IMG/VR virus record: IMGVR_UViG_3300035698_031273
Location: 1-64,000 of that record
Reading direction: 5' to 3' (one strand)
Origin: a virus
Length of the DNA: 64,000 nt
Every line of letters begins with the position of its first letter. Position 1 is the stretch's first letter. The notes under the pieces are model-generated. The model saw nothing but the letters and a program-made list of their open reading frames with translations, ran no database searches and had not been told where the DNA came from. A program made the translations under genes and the position numbers. Positions 46,237 to 57,612 of the stretch are shown piece by piece.

Positions 46237-49200
46237 ATGGGTACTACCCAATTCTATGCGATGGCCTACTTCGATTTTGGTGATGATCTATCAACTCCTT
46301 TAAATGTACAAAAGGAAATTGATCGTTTTGTTCTTATAGATAAACAAATATATGCTTTATATAATGTTTTTGGAAATGGAGTTATTAGTGGATGGGAAGT
46401 CTCAGACGGGGGATATTCTAATGAAACAGGTATTGCTGTTATTATCTCTCCTGGTATTGGTATAATAAAATATTTAGCTGCTGAAACTACTTTTACTAAT
46501 AATGTTGACGGGTTGCCTCCTAATAGTATTTTCCATTTATATGCAGTTCTACAAGGAAAAACAGTTCAGAATAGGCTTATTAATTTTGCTATTTCATCAA
46601 GTAATATTGACAATGATTCATCTTTGAAGTTGGCTACCATTACAACAGGAGATAATGCTGTAGCCACTATAGACAATACGGTTAGAGATTTAATTAGCTT
46701 TGATGAAGTAATTAGAGAACAAATAGATGCTCATAAACATAGGGGCAGTCCTACTAAAATAGATTTGCAAAATGAAGTTAAGAATCAGTTGCCTGGGGCT
46801 AGAATAGAAGGTATAGATGCTTCTAAAATTGTTAGTGGAACATTTGACCTTGAAAGACTTCCTTCTATTGATCATAATGATCTTGAAAACAATGGTATAT
46901 TAACACATGCTGCACTTGATACTTTATCTAGGTCTTTAACTCAAAGCAATAAAGAGTTATTAGGGGAAATAGCCAGTATAAATCTTTTTAAACAACTTAT
47001 TTTTTTGAAATATAAATTTGATGTACATAATACAGCTTATGTTATTGATGAACATTTTGTCAATGAATTTGTTATTATTCCTGGAATCACTCCCGATGCT
47101 TATATTGATTTTTCTGCCAGTACTGCTCAGATAAATTTACAAGAACATTGTATTAGTGGTAAACCGGCAAAGATAGGTACATTTACATCTATTTATTGGG
47201 ATTCTCAACAATCTTTTGAAGGAGCGGAAAGTTATAGTGATGTTATTATTTCAGGTGGTCAGGTTTCGTTATCTAGAGACTATACAGTAGTAGATATAAT
47301 AGAAAATTTTGAAGAAGCCACTAGACCAGGTCAACCTATCCCTGGTTTTACTAAATCAGTTGTTATTTTAAATGATGATTCAGAGATTGTTGCTGAAGGA
47401 TCTGATGTGAATAAGATAGAAGGTTTTTATAGTGGTAGTTTTACATCTTCAGCCACTATTAGGAGTAACTTTACAAAGATATTTTCTACCCCTCGTAATT
47501 GGACTAATTATAATGAATTAGTTTTTGATATTAAATGTTCTATTACTTCCCATCAACCAGTTTATGGGTATTTTGTTTATGTAGATGGAAATGGAACAGA
47601 ACATAATAGAGAATTTACTATTTTATCAACTAATCAAACGACGTTTAATGAAGATCCTGCTAAAAATAATTTTGAAACGGTTGTGGTGGACATATCATTT
47701 TGGGACAGATCTAATATTACTAAAGTAGTAATATATACTGATGAAAATGATGAAAATTTTGTTTTTTATCTAGACAATATGTTTGTTCGTCGTGAAAATT
47801 TAGTGGTTTCAGAAGGTTTTATAAGATTAAGACATGAAGCACAAACTTCTGTTACTTTTTATTCTGTGATTTATAATGCTACTGTTCCTGACAATACAGG
47901 GATACAGGTTAGGGTTAGAGTAGCTAATTCTGTTGATTTATTAGATAGAGTAGGTTATTCTTTATCTCTTAATGATGGGGATATATTTGCAATAGTAGGG
48001 ACTGCAGCAGAAATCGAAATAAGATTAACTAGTAGTGATGGACAATCTACTCCTATTTTGGATTCTGTTGAATTAAGGATGTTGGTAGAAGCTACTTTTC
48101 ATGGTTTTGATATAAATACTGCTACTGAATGGAATAGGGGAGATAAACAAAATATTACTGTTTCAGAATCAGTTACTTCTTCATTAGATTCTGATCTAAG
48201 TATAAGTCCATATATTAATGTGGACGGATTATCTTTTTCCGTTAAAGATATAATTAGTGAAATAACTGATGAGGGTGTAGCAATTTATGGTATATCTGGT
48301 AAAAATATGCCTATTTCTCCTTTGCAAGCGGCTCATTGGGCTGATTATCCCGCGTATAAGTTTGATGATATACTTTCGGTTGTAAGAAAATATAATAAAC
48401 ATTTTTTAGTGGCAGATTCAAAAAATAATCGAGTTATTGAAGTAGATAAGGATGGTAATTTTATTCGTGGTTTTGCATCTACATATGTTAGTAGTGGCAA
48501 CTTCTACCCTTCTAACTCTTGCTATAAGTCTTCTAATGGTGTTTTAACAATTGTTTGTACTTCATCTTCTATAGTATCAGATATAACTAAAATAGTTCTA
48601 TATTTGAGTGGAGCACCTACAAAGTTAACATCCAATGAGATCGTTTTATCTACGAATAAAGGGCAAGGAAAAGTTATTGAGATACAACTTGGTAGTGTTT
48701 TGATGGCACAGTTGGCTGGGGTAAGTTCAGGACTTACTATAGATTTTGAAGTAGGAGCATTTAGTAGTGGAATTGAAAAAGATTTTAATGCAACTAAATT
48801 ATATGGATTATATGGCATAGAGTGTTTTATTGGTGATTATACTTATATGGATGGTATTAAAACTCCAGTTTTTGTTAATATTTTATCTTCAGATAATTGG
48901 GTTGTGTGTAATGCCGGTATACGTTATACAGAGGATGGAGAAGATATATCTTTTGAAAATCTTGGTGTAGAAGTTCCGTCAATTATTGAGTTTAAACCAT
49001 CTACATTGGAGACTGTTTTTACTACTGATAGAATTGGTTTTTCAGAATTTACATTGGGAAGTTTAGTGGAGATTAGTAGTACTCGGTGGGTGGTAGCAGC
49101 TTTGGGAAGTTTTGCTGGTGCTTTAGGTGCAGTTGTTCCCGATAGTAATATTTCTCATTTTAGATCTGCTGCTTTAGAGGCTCTAAAAGATTTTAGATCA

Positions 49201-49458
49201 GGAATATTTATTATTGATAAACCATCTGATGTTCCTAAACTTCAATATACAGCCCCAGATGGTCTTTATATTTCTGATATTTCTAGGGCATCAGACGGAA
49301 CGTTTTTGGCTGGTGAATCAGCTTTTGTTAATGCTAGTGGAAGACTTATTAAATTAGATTCTTTTTGGAATATAACCTGGATGTATGGAAATGGAACATT
49401 AAATGCTGTTAATGACGCTAAGATAATGTCTAATGGAAATGTGATTGTAAGTGTTTAG
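46237..49458 (+). CDS. Tail/baseplate structural protein with carbohydrate-binding-like and beta-propeller regions
   Basis: GNGVISGW, HKHRG, DASKIVSGTFDLERLP fibre motif, LVADSKNNRVIEVD NHL-like repeat. Confidence 0.55.
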   Translation: MGTTQFYAMAYFDFGDDLSTPLNVQKEIDRFVLIDKQIYALYNVFGNGVISGWEVSDGGYSNETGIAVIISPGIGIIKYLAAETTFTNNVDGLPPNSIFHLYAVLQGKTVQNRLINFAISSSNIDNDSSLKLATITTGDNAVATIDNTVRDLISFDEVIREQIDAHKHRGSPTKIDLQNEVKNQLPGARIEGIDASKIVSGTFDLERLPSIDHNDLENNGILTHAALDTLSRSLTQSNKELLGEIASINLFKQLIFLKYKFDVHNTAYVIDEHFVNEFVIIPGITPDAYIDFSASTAQINLQEHCISGKPAKIGTFTSIYWDSQQSFEGAESYSDVIISGGQVSLSRDYTVVDIIENFEEATRPGQPIPGFTKSVVILNDDSEIVAEGSDVNKIEGFYSGSFTSSATIRSNFTKIFSTPRNWTNYNELVFDIKCSITSHQPVYGYFVYVDGNGTEHNREFTILSTNQTTFNEDPAKNNFETVVVDISFWDRSNITKVVIYTDENDENFVFYLDNMFVRRENLVVSEGFIRLRHEAQTSVTFYSVIYNATVPDNTGIQVRVRVANSVDLLDRVGYSLSLNDGDIFAIVGTAAEIEIRLTSSDGQSTPILDSVELRMLVEATFHGFDINTATEWNRGDKQNITVSESVTSSLDSDLSISPYINVDGLSFSVKDIISEITDEGVAIYGISGKNMPISPLQAAHWADYPAYKFDDILSVVRKYNKHFLVADSKNNRVIEVDKDGNFIRGFASTYVSSGNFYPSNSCYKSSNGVLTIVCTSSSIVSDITKIVLYLSGAPTKLTSNEIVLSTNKGQGKVIEIQLGSVLMAQLAGVSSGLTIDFEVGAFSSGIEKDFNATKLYGLYGIECFIGDYTYMDGIKTPVFVNILSSDNWVVCNAGIRYTEDGEDISFENLGVEVPSIIEFKPSTLETVFTTDRIGFSEFTLGSLVEISSTRWVVAALGSFAGALGAVVPDSNISHFRSAALEALKDFRSGIFIIDKPSDVPKLQYTAPDGLYISDISRASDGTFLAGESAFVNASGRLIKLDSFWNITWMYGNGTLNAVNDAKIMSNGNVIVSV

Positions 49459-49479
49459 GTTTTATGACGAAACAAATTT

Positions 49480-50580
49480 ATGATAAAAACCAAGATACGC
49501 TACGCATGTTTTTTAAATCATACGGGATATAGTCAAGCAGCACAGGATTATATCTTAGCTTTATATAATAGTGGCAAATATGATATTAAAATAAATTTAT
49601 ATGGAAAGCACCCTTCTAAATTAGCTATATCTGAGAAAACAAATAAATTATTTAAAAATATGATAGATAAAGATGATAATGGTCGTAAAATACTTATATA
49701 TCATTGTATTCCACCTATGCAAAAAAGAGCTGCTTCTTCTAAAATAAATATTGGTTTTGGTACTTTTGAGACTTTTTCACCTCCAGATGATTGGGTGTCA
49801 ATTCTTAAAAGAAATACGGCAGTAATTTTTCCTTCTAGTTTTAATAAAAAAATATTTAGTAATTTTTTGTTTAAAAAACCATGTTTTCATATTCCTCATT
49901 GTGTGAATACTGAATTATATAATGATGCAGTTGAGCCTAAAATTAATTATGACAAATTCACATTTTTATTTATTGGTAGTTGGAGGCTACGAAAGGGTTA
50001 TTCTGCATTACTTGAGGCATATTTTTCTGAATTTGATGTTTCTGATAATGTGCAATTACTTATAAAGACCGATAAGTCAGACCAATCTGAAAAATATATT
50101 TGTGAGTTAAAACGTCAATACAAATTAAAAAGTAAAGGATTACCATCTATTATTTTTGAAAAAGATATATTGGATGAAACAAAAATGCCGGGATTTTTAA
50201 AATCTGCAAATTGTTTAATAATGCCGACAATGGGAGAAGGCTTCGGTTTACCAGGTTTGCAGTGCATGTCTCTTGGAGTACCTATAGTTATAACAAATTT
50301 TTCAGGGTGCCAAGACTATGCTAATAACGACAGGGCAACAATGTTGGAAATAGAGGGATATAGACAATTTTCTAATTTAGATAGGATACCTCAATTTTCC
50401 AATAAAAAATGGGCATTTGTTTCTGTGAGACAAATAAAAGAAAAGATGAGATTTGTGGTAAATAATTATGAACAGGTAGAAAATAAAGCTAAAAATGCCA
50501 TACCGTTTGTTCATAAAGAATTTAATTATAATATCACAGAAGAAAAATTTTCTAGTATGTTGGGAATGTTTTATGATTAA
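49480..50580 (+). CDS. GT-B (GT4-like) glycosyltransferase
   Basis: TGYSQA, FLFIGSWRLRKG, PTMGEGFGLPGLQCMSLGVPIVITN. Confidence 0.88.
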   Translation: MIKTKIRYACFLNHTGYSQAAQDYILALYNSGKYDIKINLYGKHPSKLAISEKTNKLFKNMIDKDDNGRKILIYHCIPPMQKRAASSKINIGFGTFETFSPPDDWVSILKRNTAVIFPSSFNKKIFSNFLFKKPCFHIPHCVNTELYNDAVEPKINYDKFTFLFIGSWRLRKGYSALLEAYFSEFDVSDNVQLLIKTDKSDQSEKYICELKRQYKLKSKGLPSIIFEKDILDETKMPGFLKSANCLIMPTMGEGFGLPGLQCMSLGVPIVITNFSGCQDYANNDRATMLEIEGYRQFSNLDRIPQFSNKKWAFVSVRQIKEKMRFVVNNYEQVENKAKNAIPFVHKEFNYNITEEKFSSMLGMFYD

Positions 50581-53500
50581 AGCTATAATTGATCCTCAGT
50601 TTGGAACTATAGAGCAGGCTAAACATTTAAGGTTGAGTTTATTTAATCTTCCTAATGATACAGGAATGCGTATCAAAATAGAAGATGCTACCAATTTATG
50701 TGCAGTAAAATTTAATGGGGAAGATAATTTTGATATAAATCCTAATATAAAGAATGTTAATGGAACTATTAATATTACTATTCCTGAAGAATGTGCATAT
50801 AATGTTATTAGTTTGTTCGTGTTTTTATTCAAGAAGGAATCAGATGCTTATAAATTGTTTAGGATAATACCTTTTGTTTATCATGTAAAAAAAGAATTAT
50901 TTAAATCAGAATTTGATGGAAAAATAAATTTATTTCCTTCATTTGTCGAGAAAAGTCAATCTTTTATGATATCTGTGCAGGCTGATCCTAATACTGAATA
51001 TTTTGTATTAATAAATGACAAAGATTTTTTTATTAAGACTAATGAAATTGGTGCTGGTACTACTCATGCCAAAGCAACTGATTTTTTAATTAATAAAGAA
51101 GTTGTTGTTCTTCAGAATTTTCCAATAGGAATATCTAAAAGTAAGAATGAAATTCCGTGTTTTAGTGGGTGTGAACTTTGTGTTTTGCCAAATAATGTAA
51201 AAACACATGTAGATCCTCGTTGTGAAATCTCAGGTTATATATTTACTTTACCTGAAGAATGTAAAGATTCTGAAATACCAGAGGATGTGGTACCTACTCC
51301 TCCTGATCCTAGAGTGGAACCAATAGATATAGAAACGAAACGTACCGACTGTAAGAATAAGATGGTAGATCATACGGGATTAGAATTTTGTAGAATAAAT
51401 AATCATGATGCTACTATTTTAGCAAGTGGACAGTCATTACATGCTGTAATAAGTGTTGATTCTGAAATTGTGGAATCAAGTAATGAAGCATATAATTATC
51501 CGAGAATATTTATATTAGATGACGAGTCTTCATTAGATGTGCAGGTATTATTTAGTGCTAAAGTATCTGTTCCTCCAAAAGCTACTACTGATGACTTGGT
51601 AATATATGTTGACAAAAATACTTATGATATGTGTTCTAGAATCTTTAGTGAAACGGTGTATATTGTTGTGTTTAATGAACAACTTGGTTATCGTTCATTT
51701 GAATTAATTGGCAGAGAAATTCCAGATAATTATGTTCCTTTTTATAGAGTAATTGCTTCTAAGGGAGAATCAACCGTTTCGGTTGATGAATGGATTCTTT
51801 GTGAATATGCTGTGTTTTTCATAAAGGGTGAGTCTTATCCTAATATTGAAGCTTCTTATGTGGAAACACTACCAATTATAAAAGATTCTTCTGCTAATAT
51901 TGTTCCTTCTCTCAGTGTAACAATAGCAAGCAATCGATATCATGTTGGATCTTCATACGAATCTTATGTTTATGTTATTGCTGAGGCTGTTATTTCTAAT
52001 GAAAGTCAACTTTTTTATTATTCTTTTACTGTTGGAGAAACTGGATATTTAAGTAAAAGTTTTGGATGGAAACAAATTACTTATGATGGAAATAATTATA
52101 ATCCTAAGGCAATTGTTGATTCTCGTGGAAGTGTACATGTAACATGGGAAAGCGATAGAACAGGGAATATTCAAGTATATTATGGAGTTCTTGGTCCAGC
52201 TTCTCGCATGTTGGGAAATACAATTTTATCTTCGATATGTGATAAATATGCAGAATTATATAGAAAAGAGGATAAGCCTTTTACATATGTTACCGAGAAT
52301 GTAATTATTGATGCTGGACAAGAATATGGAATATCACCTCAAATTGTTTTCGATAGTTATCCTGTCTTAGATACATTGGAAAGTGGAGTGGTTACAATTA
52401 AGGGTGAAGATTCTTTTTCTGTTTCTGGTAATCCTATTTCAGACACAGCTATGTTTTTCTATGCTTTAGATGATGATTCTGGATTAGATTTAAATAATAA
52501 TATGTTACAAATTAACTATCAAGTTGATTTTAATTTTTCAATGTCTATATCAAGAACTTCTCCAATTGATGAAGATGTAACGTTGTCTGGTTCTATAAAT
52601 CCTTTACAAATAGACGATTTATTTTCTCAATGGAAACAACAATTTACTTTTTCAAGCAATACAGATATTTATAATTTTCCTGTTTATTCTATAGGAAATA
52701 ATACGTTTATAATAGGTAGACAAGATTCTCTTTATGATCGTATTTTTCCAATAGTTGGGGCTTATCGTAATTCAGATATAGATCATGTTGCTGCTGAAAC
52801 TGATATAGCATTATCTTTTGTGCCAATATTAAATGGTGATGATAGCAATGTTAGACACTGGATTATTGGAGTTATGCCAGAAAAAGTTAGATTTGAAGCT
52901 AATAATTTAATTAGAACACAATTGGATTGGTGTAGTGAGAAAGGTGTTATATGTACTCCAGATTGTGGATACGTAGACAACATGAGTGAAATTGTATATA
53001 CAGGAAAAGCAAAATTTGTTTTTGTGTATAATGGAGATGATTCTTTTTATGGTACTCCTGATTATAGGAAAGCAGGAATTGTAAGAGAAATTAATGGGTC
53101 TTTTGATTTAGCAGAAATAAATAATATTCAAATAATTGTTGGGTATGAGAAACTTTATGCAGAAAATTTTTCTGACTTATTTGAAGAAAAAGATTATTCG
53201 TTTGAACAAGAAACTTCTTTTTATATTTGTACTGTTACATTATTTTTTAATAATAATGCTATTTTTTCTGAATCTTTTCCCACTAGTCTTGCCAGCATAG
53301 ATCGGTTTGATTTAGGATTTGGATTGCCCACAGGAGGATATTTAATAACCGATGATTTTTATCCATATGAGTCAAATATTTTTGATGATTTAGAAGAAAC
53401 AAGTTTTAATGTTGAGTTTGACAATATTGTTTTATCTTCTCCTACTTTTTATGTAAATGAGGAGATTGCTATAGTTCCCTTGTCTATTAGAAACATTTTA

Positions 53501-54289
53501 GACCCTGTTGTATCATCAAGTGTTTCGTCTACTCAACTCCAAGAGTTTTTTGAAAGCGAAAATAATTATATTACTATGGGATTTCCGGGAACAATTGATG
53601 AAGATCCAGTTTCTGGTTTAAGCGATTTTGCTATCGGAGCTAGAGATAATTTATTTCTTCAATTGCCAATTACATTAGAAGGTATAAATATGGCATCTTC
53701 TATTGCTGTTGGAGTTGGTGACGAGCCTCATTTATCGTGGCAATCTAATAGAAATAAGAATTGGAATATATATTATAGTAATGCTCTTGATATTAACATT
53801 CCTTTTCGTTTTGATACTAGGATAACTAGTTCAACCAGTAATAGTTTATCCCCATCTGTTTCTGTAAGTAGAAATGGTAAAAGAATGATATGTTGGCATG
53901 ATAACAGAAACGGTGATTATGATATTTATTCAGCATATTCTTCTGACACTTCGAATGCTGGACAAAATAATTGTTCTCTTTATCATGCAATGGATGTAAT
54001 GCAAACACATACTGATTCTTTATGTTCCATTACGTTTTCTTATACGTCCACGAGTACAGCAACTTATAATTTTATTATTTATTTTTATAATGATAGTTAT
54101 CAGACTGATTTGTATAGCACCATTAGCTCTATAAATTTAGTTAATGGCTGGCAAAAAGATGGTATTCCTTTTGACCCCGATGGAACTGAAATTACAAATG
54201 GACAGACTGTAACCATTACTTATGCTCCACAAGTTGATGATGGAATATTTGATCGTATTTTATATTATAAACATGCAGTAGATAGTTAA
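50573..54289 (+). CDS. Large virion protein with beta-propeller-like repeats
   Basis: Probable start ATG 50573; HVTWESDRTG, HLSWQSNRN, ICWHDNRNG repeats. Confidence 0.55.
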   Translation: MIKAIIDPQFGTIEQAKHLRLSLFNLPNDTGMRIKIEDATNLCAVKFNGEDNFDINPNIKNVNGTINITIPEECAYNVISLFVFLFKKESDAYKLFRIIPFVYHVKKELFKSEFDGKINLFPSFVEKSQSFMISVQADPNTEYFVLINDKDFFIKTNEIGAGTTHAKATDFLINKEVVVLQNFPIGISKSKNEIPCFSGCELCVLPNNVKTHVDPRCEISGYIFTLPEECKDSEIPEDVVPTPPDPRVEPIDIETKRTDCKNKMVDHTGLEFCRINNHDATILASGQSLHAVISVDSEIVESSNEAYNYPRIFILDDESSLDVQVLFSAKVSVPPKATTDDLVIYVDKNTYDMCSRIFSETVYIVVFNEQLGYRSFELIGREIPDNYVPFYRVIASKGESTVSVDEWILCEYAVFFIKGESYPNIEASYVETLPIIKDSSANIVPSLSVTIASNRYHVGSSYESYVYVIAEAVISNESQLFYYSFTVGETGYLSKSFGWKQITYDGNNYNPKAIVDSRGSVHVTWESDRTGNIQVYYGVLGPASRMLGNTILSSICDKYAELYRKEDKPFTYVTENVIIDAGQEYGISPQIVFDSYPVLDTLESGVVTIKGEDSFSVSGNPISDTAMFFYALDDDSGLDLNNNMLQINYQVDFNFSMSISRTSPIDEDVTLSGSINPLQIDDLFSQWKQQFTFSSNTDIYNFPVYSIGNNTFIIGRQDSLYDRIFPIVGAYRNSDIDHVAAETDIALSFVPILNGDDSNVRHWIIGVMPEKVRFEANNLIRTQLDWCSEKGVICTPDCGYVDNMSEIVYTGKAKFVFVYNGDDSFYGTPDYRKAGIVREINGSFDLAEINNIQIIVGYEKLYAENFSDLFEEKDYSFEQETSFYICTVTLFFNNNAIFSESFPTSLASIDRFDLGFGLPTGGYLITDDFYPYESNIFDDLEETSFNVEFDNIVLSSPTFYVNEEIAIVPLSIRNILDPVVSSSVSSTQLQEFFESENNYITMGFPGTIDEDPVSGLSDFAIGARDNLFLQLPITLEGINMASSIAVGVGDEPHLSWQSNRNKNWNIYYSNALDINIPFRFDTRITSSTSNSLSPSVSVSRNGKRMICWHDNRNGDYDIYSAYSSDTSNAGQNNCSLYHAMDVMQTHTDSLCSITFSYTSTSTATYNFIIYFYNDSYQTDLYSTISSINLVNGWQKDGIPFDPDGTEITNGQTVTITYAPQVDDGIFDRILYYKHAVDS

Positions 54290-54301
54290 TAGGGAGAGAT
54301 A

Positions 54302-57300
54302 ATGCCACTTTTACGAGTATCAAATAAATATAATCATTTACCAAACGAATGTTATATTACAGTAAGTACCAATAATTCTGAGTCTTTTTACACAACTGAT
54401 TGTACTAAGTCTTTTACTCTTGAGGAAAGACCTTTTACTCTACCATTAAATGTTACTATTAAATTTGAAAAAATAGAAGGTGCCGAATTTGAGGAAGTGT
54501 ATGTTGATCGTTCTAGTGCTCAATATGGACTAACAGATTCTACAGTATATAGGGATGGAGAATGGAGACCAGCATATAAGGTAGAAATAATAATGCCAGA
54601 TAATAGTTATAGTTCTTATGATGTAGAAATACGTTATAAAAATAGTTATTATTTAACGGTCAAAAAAGAAGGAACAATATCTGGGCAAATTTATGGAGGA
54701 GAAGAAGAACAAAGACAAAGAATATATTATGATACCCCTATACTTCTTAGTTCATCTAATGATTATTATATCTTGTTGGCCACTAGTAATGATCCTAGAG
54801 ATGAGGTAAAAAGGTGGATTAATACCGAGGAATCAAGTGCAGAAGCTGAGAATCATGTAAATATGGAAGGAGGAGATAAGACTGTATTTGTAGAGTTTAT
54901 TAGACCAGGAACACAAAGTTATACATTAACAACATCTGTCCTACCAGATAATGATATTGGAGGTACTTTATTAACTAATCCACAAGGACCAGATCATATA
55001 GAGGGAACAACAGTATTATTAAATGCATCTCCGGCTCCAGGGGGACCAGGGGAGCCAGGTTGGTTTGTTGAGGAATGGATTGGTACAAATGATGATGATT
55101 TGACCACTTCTAATAATGAAATTACGATGCCCAGTCAGGACACTACTGTAACTGTGAAATTTGGACATGCTCCATTTCATATAGAAGTAGAAGTTTATAC
55201 TGGTGGAATTCTTAATAATACTGGTGGAACTGTTGATATTATATCAGATGAATATACTGCTGGTTCTGTTGTTAATATAACAGCTACTCTTGCTACTGGA
55301 TATAAAGTTCAAAAGTGGGTGGGAACTCAGATTGAAGCAACCTCATCTAATTCTAATTCTATTTTTGTGGATGCAAAGAAGACTGTCCAAGTTTATTTTA
55401 TAGAGACAACAATTATAAATTATACTTTAGAAACTTCTGTTGTAGACAATAATTATGGTTATATTCAACCATCCTCAGGAGACCATGAAAGCGGCATAAC
55501 AGTTACTTTAACTGCTGGTGCAGATGTTGGATATCGTGTTAAAAAATGGACAGGAACAGATAAAGATAACATAGTGGATAAAATAAATTATGTTACTATG
55601 ACTTCTGCTAAAACTGTCGAAGTACAATTTGAAGTAGATCCTGATTATGTTGCTCCTCCAGACACTGACTTGGACCCTGCAGTTCCAGATGAACATGGAT
55701 GGATAATATCTCCTTATACATATGATAACATATTTTTATGTCCTTCTGATGAAATTTTGGGAAATGTAATTAGATTTACTTATTATAATGACACTGGTTC
55801 GGAACAAAATTTAAATTTTCATATAAGATTTTATGCTGATATGGGAAGGGAAATTTTATTATATACCGCTTTTACTGTTTCAAATACAAAAAGATGGTTT
55901 ATAGAAAATGCTCCTCCTATTGTATTTCCTAATGGGGGAATTACTGTGTCTGATGAAGGTACGACTGACATTATGTTTGTCCCAGAAGTTTTACCACATG
56001 AAAAAATAGAAGAACAGAGAAGATATTTAGCAAATACTACTAGTGGAAATACTTATGAATTGCCATTATTATGTGGTGTTAAATATTATGCTGATATAAG
56101 TTATAAGTTTCAGAACAGTAATTATATTTATCCTTTAAAAACAATAGTCTTTAGAACAACTGGCGAAGTTATACAAGGTAATTTTGGTAGGAGAAATGTT
56201 GACGAAAGCACATGGGTCTGTTCTGGGCAAGGTGTTGATGACATGAGAGTTACTAGTTCAATGGGGCAGGCTATATCTCCATCATTAGAATCTAATTTAT
56301 TTGGACATTTTATGGTTGTTTGGGAAGACACGAGGAATGGGCTTCCTAAAATATATGGGGCAACCTATGATTCTGATAGTGAAGTGTTATACTCTAGTGG
56401 TCAAGGATATTTTGATTCAGTAAAACTTGATCAAGGACAACATCCTAAAATTTTAGTTGATCAAGCACAAAATTTTTATATATCTTCTATTGATCGGGAT
56501 CAGATATATGTAAATAAGTGTTCTTTGCCGGTTAGAGGTATTCAGGAACCTCCTGTTATTTATGATTCTGAACAATTGTGTTTTCCTGGATCTGGTACTT
56601 TTTTAGATATAGGAGATGACATTAGAATAAGAATTTATCAGGAAGATAATAAGGGCAGTCTTGTCATTAGTGAATCGGAAGTCTTAACTGTGGTAACGAG
56701 TACTTATGTTCGTTTTGATGTAACTGGAGTAGCTGGTTCATATGCTGTTAGATTAAGATCATCTTCAGATAAAAATTGGAGTGATTGGATCAATATAGGA
56801 GTTGGTATTTATACTGGAGTGAATGAACAGGGACAACCTAAACCCAAGACAGAAGCTGACTTTTCTTATGATGCTTATTTTATTGGAAATAATAGATTTG
56901 TAGTTCCATGGGACATAAGTCGTGCAAATGGAATACGTAGAGTTTGTGGGCAAATTCTTACTGTATATGGAATTACTAAAACATTTTGTATTGAATTCCT
57001 TTCTAATTTTGATGAGTTAGATTATTCAGTTGAATTTTATAAAGATAGCGATTTTAGTAATAAGTTTTCTTTTTATAATGGAATGTTTGTGCTTAGTGCT
57101 GTTACTAGTAATATTGTATATGTAAAAATAAAATTTAACACGAATGAAGACATGGGAAGTTTAACATTTAATATAGTACAGCAAGGAATTAATGATAGAT
57201 TTGGAGAGCATAACGGGCTTATATTGACCAAATCTCTTACGGAAGAAGGAGTATATACCGGAAGTTTTGAAATAGAAAAAAGTGATGGAGTTTTTAATAA

Positions 57301-57607
57301 AGATGGAAAAGGTATTCTGACAGTTAATATTCCTGGTTTTCCTACCAACTTAGAAGCTACATATTGTAAAGATGACATTTTTTCTTCTGACGGAAATTAT
57401 TTAGATTATTATAATGTAAATGGCACTTTTGTCAACCATGAAACATTAAGAAAAGCTAATGATGTTAGTGCTGAGGAAGTTTTTTCAGCATATCGTACAG
57501 CCCAATTTAATCGTGTTATTGATACAAATAGTCTAAAGAGATTATATGACAGTGATGATCCTCAGTATTTATTTGGTGATACTTCTTTTTACAAAGATAG
57601 AGAATAG
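54302..57607 (+). CDS. Virion adhesin-like protein with three InlB-B/bacterial repeat domains
   Basis: YTL.TSV...GT.V.L.A...GY.V.KW.GT...V.V.F repeated three times; VWEDTRNG. Confidence 0.6.
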   Translation: MPLLRVSNKYNHLPNECYITVSTNNSESFYTTDCTKSFTLEERPFTLPLNVTIKFEKIEGAEFEEVYVDRSSAQYGLTDSTVYRDGEWRPAYKVEIIMPDNSYSSYDVEIRYKNSYYLTVKKEGTISGQIYGGEEEQRQRIYYDTPILLSSSNDYYILLATSNDPRDEVKRWINTEESSAEAENHVNMEGGDKTVFVEFIRPGTQSYTLTTSVLPDNDIGGTLLTNPQGPDHIEGTTVLLNASPAPGGPGEPGWFVEEWIGTNDDDLTTSNNEITMPSQDTTVTVKFGHAPFHIEVEVYTGGILNNTGGTVDIISDEYTAGSVVNITATLATGYKVQKWVGTQIEATSSNSNSIFVDAKKTVQVYFIETTIINYTLETSVVDNNYGYIQPSSGDHESGITVTLTAGADVGYRVKKWTGTDKDNIVDKINYVTMTSAKTVEVQFEVDPDYVAPPDTDLDPAVPDEHGWIISPYTYDNIFLCPSDEILGNVIRFTYYNDTGSEQNLNFHIRFYADMGREILLYTAFTVSNTKRWFIENAPPIVFPNGGITVSDEGTTDIMFVPEVLPHEKIEEQRRYLANTTSGNTYELPLLCGVKYYADISYKFQNSNYIYPLKTIVFRTTGEVIQGNFGRRNVDESTWVCSGQGVDDMRVTSSMGQAISPSLESNLFGHFMVVWEDTRNGLPKIYGATYDSDSEVLYSSGQGYFDSVKLDQGQHPKILVDQAQNFYISSIDRDQIYVNKCSLPVRGIQEPPVIYDSEQLCFPGSGTFLDIGDDIRIRIYQEDNKGSLVISESEVLTVVTSTYVRFDVTGVAGSYAVRLRSSSDKNWSDWINIGVGIYTGVNEQGQPKPKTEADFSYDAYFIGNNRFVVPWDISRANGIRRVCGQILTVYGITKTFCIEFLSNFDELDYSVEFYKDSDFSNKFSFYNGMFVLSAVTSNIVYVKIKFNTNEDMGSLTFNIVQQGINDRFGEHNGLILTKSLTEEGVYTGSFEIEKSDGVFNKDGKGILTVNIPGFPTNLEATYCKDDIFSSDGNYLDYYNVNGTFVNHETLRKANDVSAEEVFSAYRTAQFNRVIDTNSLKRLYDSDDPQYLFGDTSFYKDRE

Positions 57608-57612
57608 TTAAA

